A DNA stretch of 64,000 nucleotides from Ignavibacteriota bacterium (GTDB lineage: Bacteria > Bacteroidota > Ignavibacteria > UBA10030): contig CAVZWL010000023.1 in the NCBI GenBank assembly GCA_963778945.1, positions 24,490-88,489 of the forward strand, in the 5' to 3' direction. A program made the position numbers and the translations under genes. The notes under the pieces are model-generated. The model was given only the letters and a program-made list of their open reading frames with translations. It was not told where the DNA came from and searched no databases. Below are positions 50,032 through 59,778 of this stretch, in pieces; position 1 is the stretch's first letter; the number at the start of each line of letters is the position of its first letter.

Positions 50032-50886
50032 ATGAAATATTCAGCAATGGTTGTTGTGCTCTTTTTCGCATCTGTCCAAAGCTATGCTCAAGATGCAAAG
50101 AACATATATTTGATTGTAAGAGCCGATGACATGGCCTCTTTCCATGATGCGAATACAGCGTGCATAAAGGCATGCAAAGAGGGTATCGCGAGAACTATTG
50201 AACTCATGGTTCCGTGTCCCTGGTTTCCGGAAGCCGTAAAGATGCTCAACGAGAATCCGTCTATCGATGTCGGAATCCATCTGGTCTTAACGAGCGAATG
50301 GGAAGGCATTCGCTGGCGGCCTTTGACCGATGTTCCAAGTCTTGTCGATAAGGACGGATATTTTTATCAAAAGATCTGGGAAGGAAATACTATCACCCCC
50401 GGCGGCTGCCTGCTCAAGGCCAAATGGAGAATCGAGGACATCGAAAAAGAATTGCGCGCACAAATAGAATTGGCAATGAAATGCATCCCCCGGATTTCAC
50501 ATGTAAGCGCTCATATGGGTTGTAATAACATGGATCCCAAAGTGAACGAACTGTTCGAAAAATTAGCCCGTGAATATAATTTGCGAACCGAAAACATTCC
50601 CGGCATCAAATATCTGAACGGATGGGAAAATAATAAATCGTTGGATGAAAGAATCGATCAATTTATTTCCAACATAAACAGCATAACTTCAGGAACGTAC
50701 GTTTTTATTGAGCATCCGGGATTAGACAATCCTGAGATGCACTCCGCAATTTTTAATCATGAAAATACTCTTGCATTTGACCGGCAGGGGGTGACAGATG
50801 TTTTCACCAGCGAAAAAGTAAAAAGGGCATTGCGCGAGAAAGGGATAACACTGGTAAGTTATGCCGATCTCTTCAAAAAGCAGTGA
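50032..50886 (+). CDS. ChbG/YdjC-family carbohydrate deacetylase, secreted
   Basis: A signal peptide is present. IVRADDMASFHDANTACIKACKEGIARTIELMV...DVGIHLVLTSEW matches the YdjC pattern (the DD metal/acid pair and the GxHL motif). Confidence 0.75.
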   Translation: MKYSAMVVVLFFASVQSYAQDAKNIYLIVRADDMASFHDANTACIKACKEGIARTIELMVPCPWFPEAVKMLNENPSIDVGIHLVLTSEWEGIRWRPLTDVPSLVDKDGYFYQKIWEGNTITPGGCLLKAKWRIEDIEKELRAQIELAMKCIPRISHVSAHMGCNNMDPKVNELFEKLAREYNLRTENIPGIKYLNGWENNKSLDERIDQFISNINSITSGTYVFIEHPGLDNPEMHSAIFNHENTLAFDRQGVTDVFTSEKVKRALREKGITLVSYADLFKKQ

Positions 50887-50939
50887 ACTGTGAAGAGCTC
50901 TTACCTCATCAGAGGCGCCTCTTCTTTAACGTTCGTACG

Positions 50940-52028
50940 TCAGGCATGTTTCTTTGGTATTCCTTTGGTGTGACAATCCGTGCAGCGTACGAAATGAATG
51001 TTGTGCTGGCTGTTCTTGTCGGCAAAGGTCGTGTTCATCTTCATCACATCGAGACCGCAGTTGGATATTGCAGGATGGCAATTCACACAGCTTTGTCCCG
51101 GGTCATTACTGTGACCTTCATGACATGACTGGCAACTGAGTCCTTCATGAATACCGCGCGGAGTTCTATCGTCGCTCGTTCCCGACTGGTGAAATGCGTT
51201 AGGAGCATGGCACTGGACGCATATCCTTTGAATCGGATCGTCGGAAACGTCCATCTGCCGCTCGCCTTCCCACACTTTCAACACAGGCAGATTGTCTGCC
51301 TCAATATGTGATTTATCGTAGCGGTCATAGAAGAGCGCTGCAGAAGATCGTGCCGGAGTGCTGTAATAAATCTTCTTCGGGTCGGAATAATCGGCTCTGA
51401 CCGCAATAGAACCTTTCCTATGAATTTCATGGCATGTGAGACATGGAATGACCGGCATCGATGCCTGTTCCGGTTTCAATATTTTCCAGGGACCCTTGAC
51501 GCTGAGCGGCGAAACAAGATCCGCGATGGTGCCTTCATAGAACATTCCGTGGCAGCGGAGACAATCGGAATTGGGCTGTACCGCTTTGTTGTGCTTTTCA
51601 TTCAGAAAGATCGCTGAATACGGCGCCGAGTGGCCGCCCGACAGCCATTTGGCGTACTCCATCCCGTGGCATCGTTTACAATTATCGAGAAGCGAGGCAA
51701 GCTGAACTTCATTAAGCCTGATTGTCTTTTCTCCTCTTCCAACGAAATGATACACCACCATCATTCCTTTCTCCACAAAACTGTGGAGGCCGCCGCTGAA
51801 AGCGGTTTCATGGCATTCCTTGCAATGCATGGACCGATGGCCGCTTTCTGCCCACATAGAAGCCGGACTTTCAATTTCATGGCACGAAGCACAGGTTGCC
51901 TGAGGCGAAGCGATATCCCAATAAACAAGGAATCCTCCAAAGACTGCCAGAATGCCCGCGGCTGCGATCAATACTATCTTGAACAATTTTGGAATATTTT
52001 TTATATGCATGACTTGATGGATTTTCAA
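50940..52028 (-). CDS. Membrane-anchored multihaem c-type cytochrome (nine CxxCH), NapC/NrfH-like N-terminus
   Basis: The motifs are CASCH, CKECH, CKRCH, CLRCH, CLTCH, CVQCH, CQSCH, CVNCH and CTDCH. There is one N-terminal TM helix (LFKIVLIAAAGILAVFGGFLVYW). The gene starts 12 nt downstream of the GMC gene. Confidence 0.9.
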   Translation of the reverse strand: MKIHQVMHIKNIPKLFKIVLIAAAGILAVFGGFLVYWDIASPQATCASCHEIESPASMWAESGHRSMHCKECHETAFSGGLHSFVEKGMMVVYHFVGRGEKTIRLNEVQLASLLDNCKRCHGMEYAKWLSGGHSAPYSAIFLNEKHNKAVQPNSDCLRCHGMFYEGTIADLVSPLSVKGPWKILKPEQASMPVIPCLTCHEIHRKGSIAVRADYSDPKKIYYSTPARSSAALFYDRYDKSHIEADNLPVLKVWEGERQMDVSDDPIQRICVQCHAPNAFHQSGTSDDRTPRGIHEGLSCQSCHEGHSNDPGQSCVNCHPAISNCGLDVMKMNTTFADKNSQHNIHFVRCTDCHTKGIPKKHA

Positions 52029-52040
52029 TTATCCTGCACC

Positions 52041-53696
52041 CTATGCAAACCGGTTGCCCTTTTGCCACTCCGCTGCGATATGCTCCGCTACCCAATATCC
52101 CAGAGCCATGATGGTAAGCGCCGGATTGAAGCCGCCGTTCGTTACATGCAGGCTGGCATCAGCTACAAAGAGATTTGGGGTCTCGTGCACACGCCCGTAT
52201 TTATCTACAACCGAGGTCCGGGGATCGTCGCCCATACGGCAAGTACCTGCCTGGTGCTGCCCTCCGCTTAAACCTCTCCCGCCGACACCTTGCCATGTAT
52301 ACGATGCTCCAGCTTCTCTCAGGATCATCTCGGCCTTGCTTGAAAGAAATTCACATCCTTCGACATCCTTCGGATGCCTGTGTCCCGACAAGCGGACTAC
52401 AGGAATTCCCCAATAATCTTTTACCGATGGGTCGATCTGAACACGTGAATCGAAGAAAGGCATCTCCTGTATCGGACCGACCACCTGTACGTTTTTCCTA
52501 AAGTATTTCCGCTGGAATTCCTTATGCGCCTTTCCCCAGCGGGGCGATCCGGGAGGCCTGATTCCGGTAAAAAAGTAGGGGAGCCGTGTAAACTCGTTGG
52601 CAAGAATTCCGCCTCCAACAATGCCGGGATTATGATGGCTGAAATCGCTGATTGCTATTGTTGCACCAGGACCGACATCATCGAATATATCATTCTCAAA
52701 AAGCCCGAAGGCGCCCGTGTACGCGTGCCCCTGCAGGTTTCTTCCGACCCAATCATAGCGATTTCCTACGCCGTTCGGATAATGTTTGGATTTTGAATTC
52801 AGCAGAAGCCTCGGCGTTTCGGTTGCAGACGCGGAAATGACAATGATATCTGCGGTCTGGATTTGTTTGCAGTCATCTTTATCGAAATAGGAGATTCCGG
52901 TAATCCTGCCTCTTTCATCGATGATTAACTCGGTTACAATACAGTTTGTCCGAAGTTCACAATTACCTGTCGATAAGGCGGCGGGTATGACCGTATTATG
53001 CGTCCCGGATTTGGCATTGATCGGACAGGCAAAACCGCAGCATGATCTTCTTCTTACACATGCAGCCCTGCCGTTCCACGCAACGGAATTTCGCAGCATA
53101 GGAATTGGAAACGGATGGAGCCCGAGGCGTTTCATTGAAGACTCCAGGATCTTTGCTTCCTTGTTATAAGAAAAAGGAGGCATCGGAAAGGGCTTCTTCC
53201 GGGGAGCTGCAAACGGATTTTTTGCACCGTCGCCTGCAACACCGATTTCCCATTCTGCTCTTTCGTAGCAATGTTCGAGATCTTCGTAGCACACCGGCCA
53301 ATCTTCCAATGTCGATCCTTCGACGTGACCGTAGGTGGACTTCATCCGGAAATCCTCGCGCATGAACCGCCACGCCATCGCTCCATAGCTTACGGTACCG
53401 GATCCGACACAGGCCGCAACGTTGTTGTAGTCATTTTCACTCGCAGTGACGATTCTTGTCGAACCATCGTCATTGACGACAACTCTTCTGTACCTTTCAT
53501 CGTCCGGTCCATAAGCATTGCCGAGCACGGTCGTGCGCTGCGAAATCAGTTCATCGTTGTTATGGGCATCATAAGATGCCCAATCTCCGCGCTCTATGAG
53601 AACCACAGACAACCCGGCTTCACTCAAGACTTTGGCAGCGACTCCGCCGCCCGCACCTGCGCCGACAATCACAGCATTGACCTGCTTGTTGCTCAT
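52041..53696 (-). CDS. GMC-family FAD flavoprotein dehydrogenase (alpha subunit of gluconate-2-DH / FAD-GDH type complexes)
   Basis: The protein starts directly with the Rossmann motif VIVGAGAGGG and has no signal peptide. A Cys-rich block is CVRRRSCCGFAC. The C-terminal GMC motifs are GTCRMG and NLFVADAS. Confidence 0.88.
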   Translation of the reverse strand: MSNKQVNAVIVGAGAGGGVAAKVLSEAGLSVVLIERGDWASYDAHNNDELISQRTTVLGNAYGPDDERYRRVVVNDDGSTRIVTASENDYNNVAACVGSGTVSYGAMAWRFMREDFRMKSTYGHVEGSTLEDWPVCYEDLEHCYERAEWEIGVAGDGAKNPFAAPRKKPFPMPPFSYNKEAKILESSMKRLGLHPFPIPMLRNSVAWNGRAACVRRRSCCGFACPINAKSGTHNTVIPAALSTGNCELRTNCIVTELIIDERGRITGISYFDKDDCKQIQTADIIVISASATETPRLLLNSKSKHYPNGVGNRYDWVGRNLQGHAYTGAFGLFENDIFDDVGPGATIAISDFSHHNPGIVGGGILANEFTRLPYFFTGIRPPGSPRWGKAHKEFQRKYFRKNVQVVGPIQEMPFFDSRVQIDPSVKDYWGIPVVRLSGHRHPKDVEGCEFLSSKAEMILREAGASYTWQGVGGRGLSGGQHQAGTCRMGDDPRTSVVDKYGRVHETPNLFVADASLHVTNGGFNPALTIMALGYWVAEHIAAEWQKGNRFA

Positions 53697-53699
53697 ACG

Positions 53700-54278
53700 T
53701 TAAATCCCATAACGGTTTTCACCGACGATCTGAGGTTCATCAAGACCGATCATCTTATAGCTTATGTAGTTTTTATTGCCCCCATGCCGCGGACTTCCAT
53801 AATATCCCTGCAAGCAATGGGAACGCAGCAGTTCAAAGAAATATTCTGAGAATCCGTTTCTCCAAATATCGCCGTCAAGCCTGCCGGTTTCCATGTCCTG
53901 AAGTACAGCCGTTTGTGTTTCCCTTGAAAGGTCTATAAATTTTCGATGATATTTGTCCGCACAGGAATGTTCCAGGCCGGCCAGTCCCTTCCGATAATCC
54001 TGCTGGAAACGGCGGTACGGTCCGATGAGCTGCAGATCCATAAAATTGGCGACTCCCGCCTCCCGGCCTCCGGGCCAATCATCCGCAGGAATAATCTGTT
54101 CCGCAATCGCCTCAGCCAATTTGATTTCCTCTTCGGTGAAAAAGAGAACTCCCGGCACTTTTGCGGTCGAACATCCTTCAAAAACGCTTATACCGCCCGC
54201 CGTGAGAGACAAAGCGCCTGCACCAAGCGTAACGATTTTTATAAAATCCTTTCGAGAGAGCTTCATACCGTCATTCAT
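53700..54278 (-). CDS. Gluconate 2-dehydrogenase subunit 3-family small subunit with Tat-like signal
   Basis: MNDGMKLSRKDFIKIVTLGAGALSLTAGG is an SR(R/K)xFLK-type twin-arginine-like signal. FFTEEEIKLAEAIAEQIIPADDWPGGREAGVANFMD is the family core. The longer ORF extends to 54311. Confidence 0.8.
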   Translation of the reverse strand: MNDGMKLSRKDFIKIVTLGAGALSLTAGGISVFEGCSTAKVPGVLFFTEEEIKLAEAIAEQIIPADDWPGGREAGVANFMDLQLIGPYRRFQQDYRKGLAGLEHSCADKYHRKFIDLSRETQTAVLQDMETGRLDGDIWRNGFSEYFFELLRSHCLQGYYGSPRHGGNKNYISYKMIGLDEPQIVGENRYGI

Positions 54279-54557
54279 ATGTCGGTCACCTGACAATCGT
54301 TTGATAGACACATATCATTTTGAGTTTCTCTCAAGACTGCGCGGAGGTTCTTCAGCCGTCTGAAGAGAAACTTTTGAAGAGCAGAATGCTTAAAAGGGGA
54401 AGAGTTTTTTGAGGCGATATTTTGCCGCATGAGAAATGTATTGCCGGATTTCTCAAGAACTCAATCGAATCGCCCGACTCAACCTACGCAGAACTTAATA
54501 CATCATAGATTCAATGTCAAGAGTTTTAACCGGAACCGCATGCGTTTGACGAGTTAC

Positions 54558-56999
54558 TTATTTCAAGAGGATCATTTTTTTTACGTCAATAAAATTTCCC
54601 GCTCTCAACCGGCATAGAAAGACTCCGCTTGACATATGCGATGCGTTCCAAGACACGGTATGGATACCGGGGGAATTTACTCCGTCTACCAATGTCGCTA
54701 TTTCTCTTCCGAGCATATCGTAGATCTTGAGAGTAACATAGACTTGAGTCGATATTTGATAAGCAATGACAGTTGCCGGATTGAAAGGGTTAGGATAGTT
54801 CTGGTTCAATTGAAAGGTGCGGGGGATGAAGCTTTTATCTTCGGCGACTATAGTGGATGAGCTCGCCCAATTATAGGCATCGATTGGAGCAAAGGGCTGG
54901 AGGACGCCTCCATCGGAAGATTCCAGAGTTCCGGAGTTGTATGCGATCGTTCCGGTATCGCCGCTCGAATAATATACAGAATCCAACCCCGCAACAACCG
55001 TCGTACTGTCGTTCTGTTTCAATGAAGAAGCAGTCGCAGCCGCAAGAGGAATATGGTTCCGCGTAAGAACAAATATCTGTGTTGATGACGGATCTTTCAT
55101 CCGCTTATTAAAAGTCAATTCAAAATGTTTTGCATCCGGAGTGATAATAGCCGACAGGCATACCGGCGCTGATCCTGCAGGAGAATCGGCTAATGTATCG
55201 ATGCCAAATCCATATGCATAGAGGGGAGAATAGATATTGTCGCCGAAATTGATTGGAATTTGCGACATACTCTTAGGCCACGTGCGTGAAAGGAGTCCCT
55301 TCGGCTGGTAGCCGCCGAATAAGACATCGGCTATGCCGTCTCCTTCTGTCCCCGGCAGCCAGGCGGCAATGATAACATCGGAAAAGTGCAGTATTTTTTC
55401 GAGAATGAGAGGCCTGCCTGATACAAGAATAACGACAACAGGAGCGCCATAGCTTTTCATCTTTTTTACCAAATCCACATCGGCCGGGGAGATATTCAGA
55501 TCTGTTCTATCTCCCGCACCTTCTGCATAAGGTGTTTCGCCGATTACGACAACAGAATAATCGGCGGTCGTGTTCGTAAAATACCCTGTACTGCTATAAA
55601 CGATCGTTGCATTCGCGGCTGCGTTTTGCATGCCTTTAAGGATTGTCGTTCCGGTCGTGATATTGCCGCTGCTGCCCTGCCATGAAATCGTCCAGCCGCC
55701 GCATTGATTGCCGAGATCATTCGCATTTGAGCCGGCTACCAAAATTCTTACATTGGTTTTCCGCAGCGGCAGGATGCCGTCTTTTTTCTTCAACAATACA
55801 AGGGATTCGCGAACGCACTGCCGGGCTATCGCACGATGTCCTGCACTTCCAACAGAATCAATGAAGGATCTGTCGACGAAAGGTCTTTCAAAAAGTCCAA
55901 GCTTAAATTTAATTGTAAGAATCCGCCTCACCGCGTCATCGACCCGTGCTGTATCTATGCTGCCTCCGCTGACAAGGGTATTCATAGCATTATGAAAATC
56001 AACGTATCGGCTGGGAAGCATGACCATATCGATTCCTGCATTAATCGATTGATCGACACAATCGGTGTAGTTGCTTGTCAACTGATCGATAGAACCCCAA
56101 TCAGAAACGACGAATCCTTTAAATCCTAATTCGTTTTTAAGTACATCCGTAATCCAATATTTACTGCCGCTCATTTTTTGACCGTTGATACTGCTGTACG
56201 ACACCATAACACTCCCTGCTCCTGAGTCGACAGCTGAAATATAACCCTGTAAAAAAAGCTTCCTTATGGCCGCAGTATCTCCTTCAGTATCTCCCATATT
56301 TATTCCGCCGGTTGTTCCACCATCTCCGAGATAATGTTTTGCGCAAGCAAGAATACTTGTCGGACTTGATAAAGAATCACCTTGAAATCCCCGTATTTCG
56401 GAGGAACCAAAAAGTTCAGTTAATTCCGGAGTTTCTCCAAATCCTTCGTATGTGCGTCCCCATCGTTCATCTCGAGGTACTGCAATACAGGGGCCAAACG
56501 TCCAATCAATGCCCGTTGCTGCAACTTCCGTCGCTGTTATTCTTGCTGCTTTTTTCGCTAACTCATAATTCCGTGTGCACCCTATTCCAATGTTGTGAGG
56601 AAAGATCGTGGCGCCATAAACATTGTTATCTCCATGAACAGCATCGATTCCGTAGATTATCGGAATTTTGAGACGTGTTTTTAAAGCATAGGATTGCAAT
56701 GTGTCATACATATTCGCCCAATTGACCGGCCTGTTACCCGCGGCGGGACTCTCGCCTCCTCCGCTGAGCACAGAACCGAAATTATTCGCCGTGAGAATAG
56801 AAGGAGCATATTGAACTACAGACAATTCAACCTGCATCATTTGTCCGATTTTCTCATCGAGCGTCATTCGACTTATTAAATCACTTACACGCTGGTCGAC
56901 CGAGAGGGTACTGTCCTGATAAGGCAATATCTGCGCCGGCAATATGGAAACCAGGGACAGGAACATGGACAGCATTATGGCAAAGTGAGCTCTTTTCAT
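54558..56999 (-). CDS. Glycoside hydrolase family 3 (beta-glucosidase-like) with T9SS C-terminal sorting domain
   Basis: KIGQMMQVE, GIDAVHG and FKGFVVSDWG (the nucleophile region) are present, with the GH3 C-terminal domain. The probable ATG is at 56999 (MKRAHFAIMLSMFLSLVSILPAQ). The ORF extends to a TTG at 57026. Confidence 0.9.
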   Translation of the reverse strand: MKRAHFAIMLSMFLSLVSILPAQILPYQDSTLSVDQRVSDLISRMTLDEKIGQMMQVELSVVQYAPSILTANNFGSVLSGGGESPAAGNRPVNWANMYDTLQSYALKTRLKIPIIYGIDAVHGDNNVYGATIFPHNIGIGCTRNYELAKKAARITATEVAATGIDWTFGPCIAVPRDERWGRTYEGFGETPELTELFGSSEIRGFQGDSLSSPTSILACAKHYLGDGGTTGGINMGDTEGDTAAIRKLFLQGYISAVDSGAGSVMVSYSSINGQKMSGSKYWITDVLKNELGFKGFVVSDWGSIDQLTSNYTDCVDQSINAGIDMVMLPSRYVDFHNAMNTLVSGGSIDTARVDDAVRRILTIKFKLGLFERPFVDRSFIDSVGSAGHRAIARQCVRESLVLLKKKDGILPLRKTNVRILVAGSNANDLGNQCGGWTISWQGSSGNITTGTTILKGMQNAAANATIVYSSTGYFTNTTADYSVVVIGETPYAEGAGDRTDLNISPADVDLVKKMKSYGAPVVVILVSGRPLILEKILHFSDVIIAAWLPGTEGDGIADVLFGGYQPKGLLSRTWPKSMSQIPINFGDNIYSPLYAYGFGIDTLADSPAGSAPVCLSAIITPDAKHFELTFNKRMKDPSSTQIFVLTRNHIPLAAATASSLKQNDSTTVVAGLDSVYYSSGDTGTIAYNSGTLESSDGGVLQPFAPIDAYNWASSSTIVAEDKSFIPRTFQLNQNYPNPFNPATVIAYQISTQVYVTLKIYDMLGREIATLVDGVNSPGIHTVSWNASHMSSGVFLCRLRAGNFIDVKKMILLK
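54561..54821 (-). other. T9SS (Por) C-terminal sorting domain of the GH3 enzyme
   Basis: LNQNYPNPFNPATVIAYQISTQVYVTLKIYDMLGREIATLVDGVNSPGIHTVSWNASHMSSGVFLCRLRAGNFIDVKKMILLK. Confidence 0.85.
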
Positions 57000-57240
57000 A
57001 AACGACTTTCTCTTAAACCTGAACAAACAATGGAATCAATGAATGCGGCGATGATTGTACATCGACTTTTTTCTCATCGCCGGCCGTACAACTATGAGGA
57101 CGTAAGACATGCCTTCAAAAAGCAATCCATTTTAAACTTAGTCAAAAGTATATTATAGAGCAAAGGGAGCAGGCATAGAAAGCAACCGGGTGCTTCAGAG
57201 GATAAAACTGCAGACGTGCATCAGAAAATGATTTGTCCGT

Positions 57241-57405
57241 TCAGTTTTTCGTCCCCTTTTGGATCGAAATCTTCAGCGCACTACAATGGCAATCTCCGCC
57301 GCACGGATGTGTTTTGCGCAGACGATACTTGCGCGCCTCTGAGCGGACAATCAGCACGAAGGCGGCAGCAACGATCGCAAAAGAAACGACGGCCTGCCAA
57401 TCCAT
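57241..57405 (-). CDS. FeoB-associated Cys-rich membrane peptide
   Basis: The 54-aa peptide is MDWQAVVSFAIVAAAFVLIVRSEARKYRLRKTHPCGGDCHCSAL..., one TM helix plus a CGGxCxC cluster. It lies immediately downstream of feoB. Confidence 0.7.
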   Translation of the reverse strand: MDWQAVVSFAIVAAAFVLIVRSEARKYRLRKTHPCGGDCHCSALKISIQKGTKN

Positions 57406-57413
57406 GAACAACC

Positions 57414-59509
57414 TCACAAAAATAATAATCCGGTACGATAGACAATAAATGTAACGCCGTAAGCCAATACTGTCATATAACCAAGCTGGAACATGGGCCA
57501 TTTCCATCCGTTTGTTTCCCGCCGCATCACGGCAAGCGTAGACACACATTGCATGGCAAGAACATAGTATATCATAATACAAACGGCTGTTAAAACGGTA
57601 AACTTCGGAAGCCCCGTAGCAGGATCGATGTCCTTTTGCATCTGCTCACGCAGTGATACTGAATTGTCATTGCCCCCCCGGATATTATAAATTGTGCTCA
57701 CAGGTACCTGACGAACACCTCCCGCTGCAGCAATGAAGTTAAGATGCCGATGCCGATTTTCCAATCGAACCCGAGCGGACGTATAAGCGGCTCTATGAGA
57801 TGTCCTGCCTGTCCTACAAAACTATGAGCAAGTCTTTCCTGTGGTGCGGCATTGTTTGTTTTTGGATATGCAGCAAGAAACCACAGAACGATAGAGATGC
57901 CGAGAATAATCGTGCCTGCTCGTTTAAGAAACAAGAGAGAACGTTCCCACATCTGTAAGACAATGCTCTTGATCGATGGAAGCCGGTAAGGCGGAAGCTC
58001 CAGAATGAAGTCCGGCGTTTTTCCTTTGAGAATAGTTTTTTTGAACAGCCATGCCATGGCCAGCGCCGCAACAATACCGAACAGATACATGGACACCAGT
58101 ACAATCCCCTGTAGATTCCAAAAACCAAAAATAAGCGTGCCGGGAATAAATGCTGCAATCAGCAGCGAATATACCGGCAGCCGTGCACTGCAGCTTGCCA
58201 ACGGTGCAACAAGCATGGTGACGAGCCGGTCCCGATGATTCTCAATTGTGCGTGCTGCCATAATGCCGGGAATGGCACAGGCAAAGGAACTGAGAATAGG
58301 AATAAAGGATTTCCCATGCAGTCCGACCTTACTCATCAACCGGTCCATGATAAAAGCGGCACGAGCCATATAACCGGTATCTTCCAAAATACCGAGAAAA
58401 AGAAACAGCAGGAGAATTTGCGGAAGAAATACGACAACGGCCCCCGCTCCGCTGATTGCGCCGAATACGATAAGATCGTGCAAGTCCCCCGGAGGGATGA
58501 TCGTTCCTGCCTGCCTTCCAAGCCAATTGAATCCGTTGCTGATGAAATTCATAGGTCCTGCCGCCCAGGTAAAGATAGACTGGAACATCAGCGCCATCAG
58601 TGCAAAAAAAATGACATAACCCCACACTTTATGCGTTACAATCGCATCGATTTTGTCCGTATAGTCAGTTTTCTTTTGGCCGAAGATAATGACTTCATCG
58701 CAGATTGTTTTGATCCATTGATACCGCGACTCTACAAAAATGGAATGCCGATCATAGCCAAGCAGGTGAAGCCGGCCATGATCCTGCGCTGCATGGTCAA
58801 GAACGGGCTGTGCGATTGTTCCCTGAAACTCTCTCAATGAACGCGGTGAAGAAAGAAGCATCGCGGCCTCATGAAAGGCAGCATCTTCTTTCATATGATT
58901 ATGCAGAAGAAGCAGATCGATGAGCTCCCTATGTTCCTCAGCAACCGGTTCAGGAAGTTTCCACTTCCGCGCCTCCGGAGAAATTGAAAATCCATTTTCG
59001 ATTGCGGCTTTAAGTTCCGCAATGCCGACACGTTTACTGCCGATGGTTGGAATAACGCGTACGCCAAGAGTCCGAGCGAGCGCCTCACTCTCGACGTGAA
59101 TTCCCTGATGCTCGGCAACATCCGACATATTGAGCGCAATCATGAGCGGATAACGTTGATCGATAATCTGCGAAACGAGGTAGAGATTTCGTTCCAAGTT
59201 GCTCGCATCGACAATGCAAATAATCCCGTCAGGCCGTTGAACGCCGGCAAGTTTATTTAAAAGAATATCGGTTGCAATCTTTTCATCGGGAGAATTTGCG
59301 GACAAACTATAGGTGCCGGGTAAATCAAGAAGGGTAACCTCCCTGCCATCGTCAAACGAGATAGTTCCTTCTTTCTTCTCAACCGTTACACCCGGATAAT
59401 TGCCGACCTTTTGGCGAAGCCCGGTCAGTGCGTTAAAAATTGTTGTTTTGCCGCAGTTAGGGTTGCCTATGATAGCGACGTAGGAATACTGAGGAATTGT
59501 GCTGCTCAT
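57414..59509 (-). pseudogene. feoB: Ferrous iron transporter FeoB, one frameshift near the C-terminus
   Basis: The G-domain has GNPNCGKTTIFNALTG. The polytopic core runs to ...LLQREVFV and then stops. The remaining part, STIYNIRGG...MIYYVLAMQCVSTLAVMRRETNGWKWPMFQLGYMTVLAYGVTFIVYRTG, is in another frame. The switch is at 57698..57715. Confidence 0.85.
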
Positions 59510-59778
59510 TCTTTGTTATCATGAAGGTGCGTTTCGGCGAATTCAATAACGATTTCATCGGCAATACGCCTATGCAGGCCGATGCGAGTGTTATGCAGCT
59601 CGCAAATAAGCTGTGAGGAATTCAAGACAACAGTTCGCACAGTGGTATTTTTATTAAAGCCAATCTCCCGCAACCGCTGACGGGTTTCCGGACGTGATTG
59701 AATATCCTGGATGGTGCAAGCCATTCCTAACGGAACATCTGCAAGGTGTAATATTTTCTTTTTTCTTGATTGATTCAT
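59506..59778 (-). CDS. feoA: FeoA-family protein
   Basis: The 90-aa SH3-like FeoA pattern is LADVPLGMACTIQDI...RQRLREIGFNKNTTVRTV. Its stop overlaps the feoB start (ATGA). Confidence 0.85.
   Translation of the reverse strand: MNQSRKKKILHLADVPLGMACTIQDIQSRPETRQRLREIGFNKNTTVRTVVLNSSQLICELHNTRIGLHRRIADEIVIEFAETHLHDNKE

Noticed and set aside
54492-54520. A sigma70-like promoter lies on the minus strand upstream of the dehydrogenase operon: TTGACA-17 nt-TAAGTT.
   Set aside because: The -35 is perfect, but the -10 matches only 3 of 6 positions. FCB-group promoters may use a different consensus. It is too weak to list as a feature.
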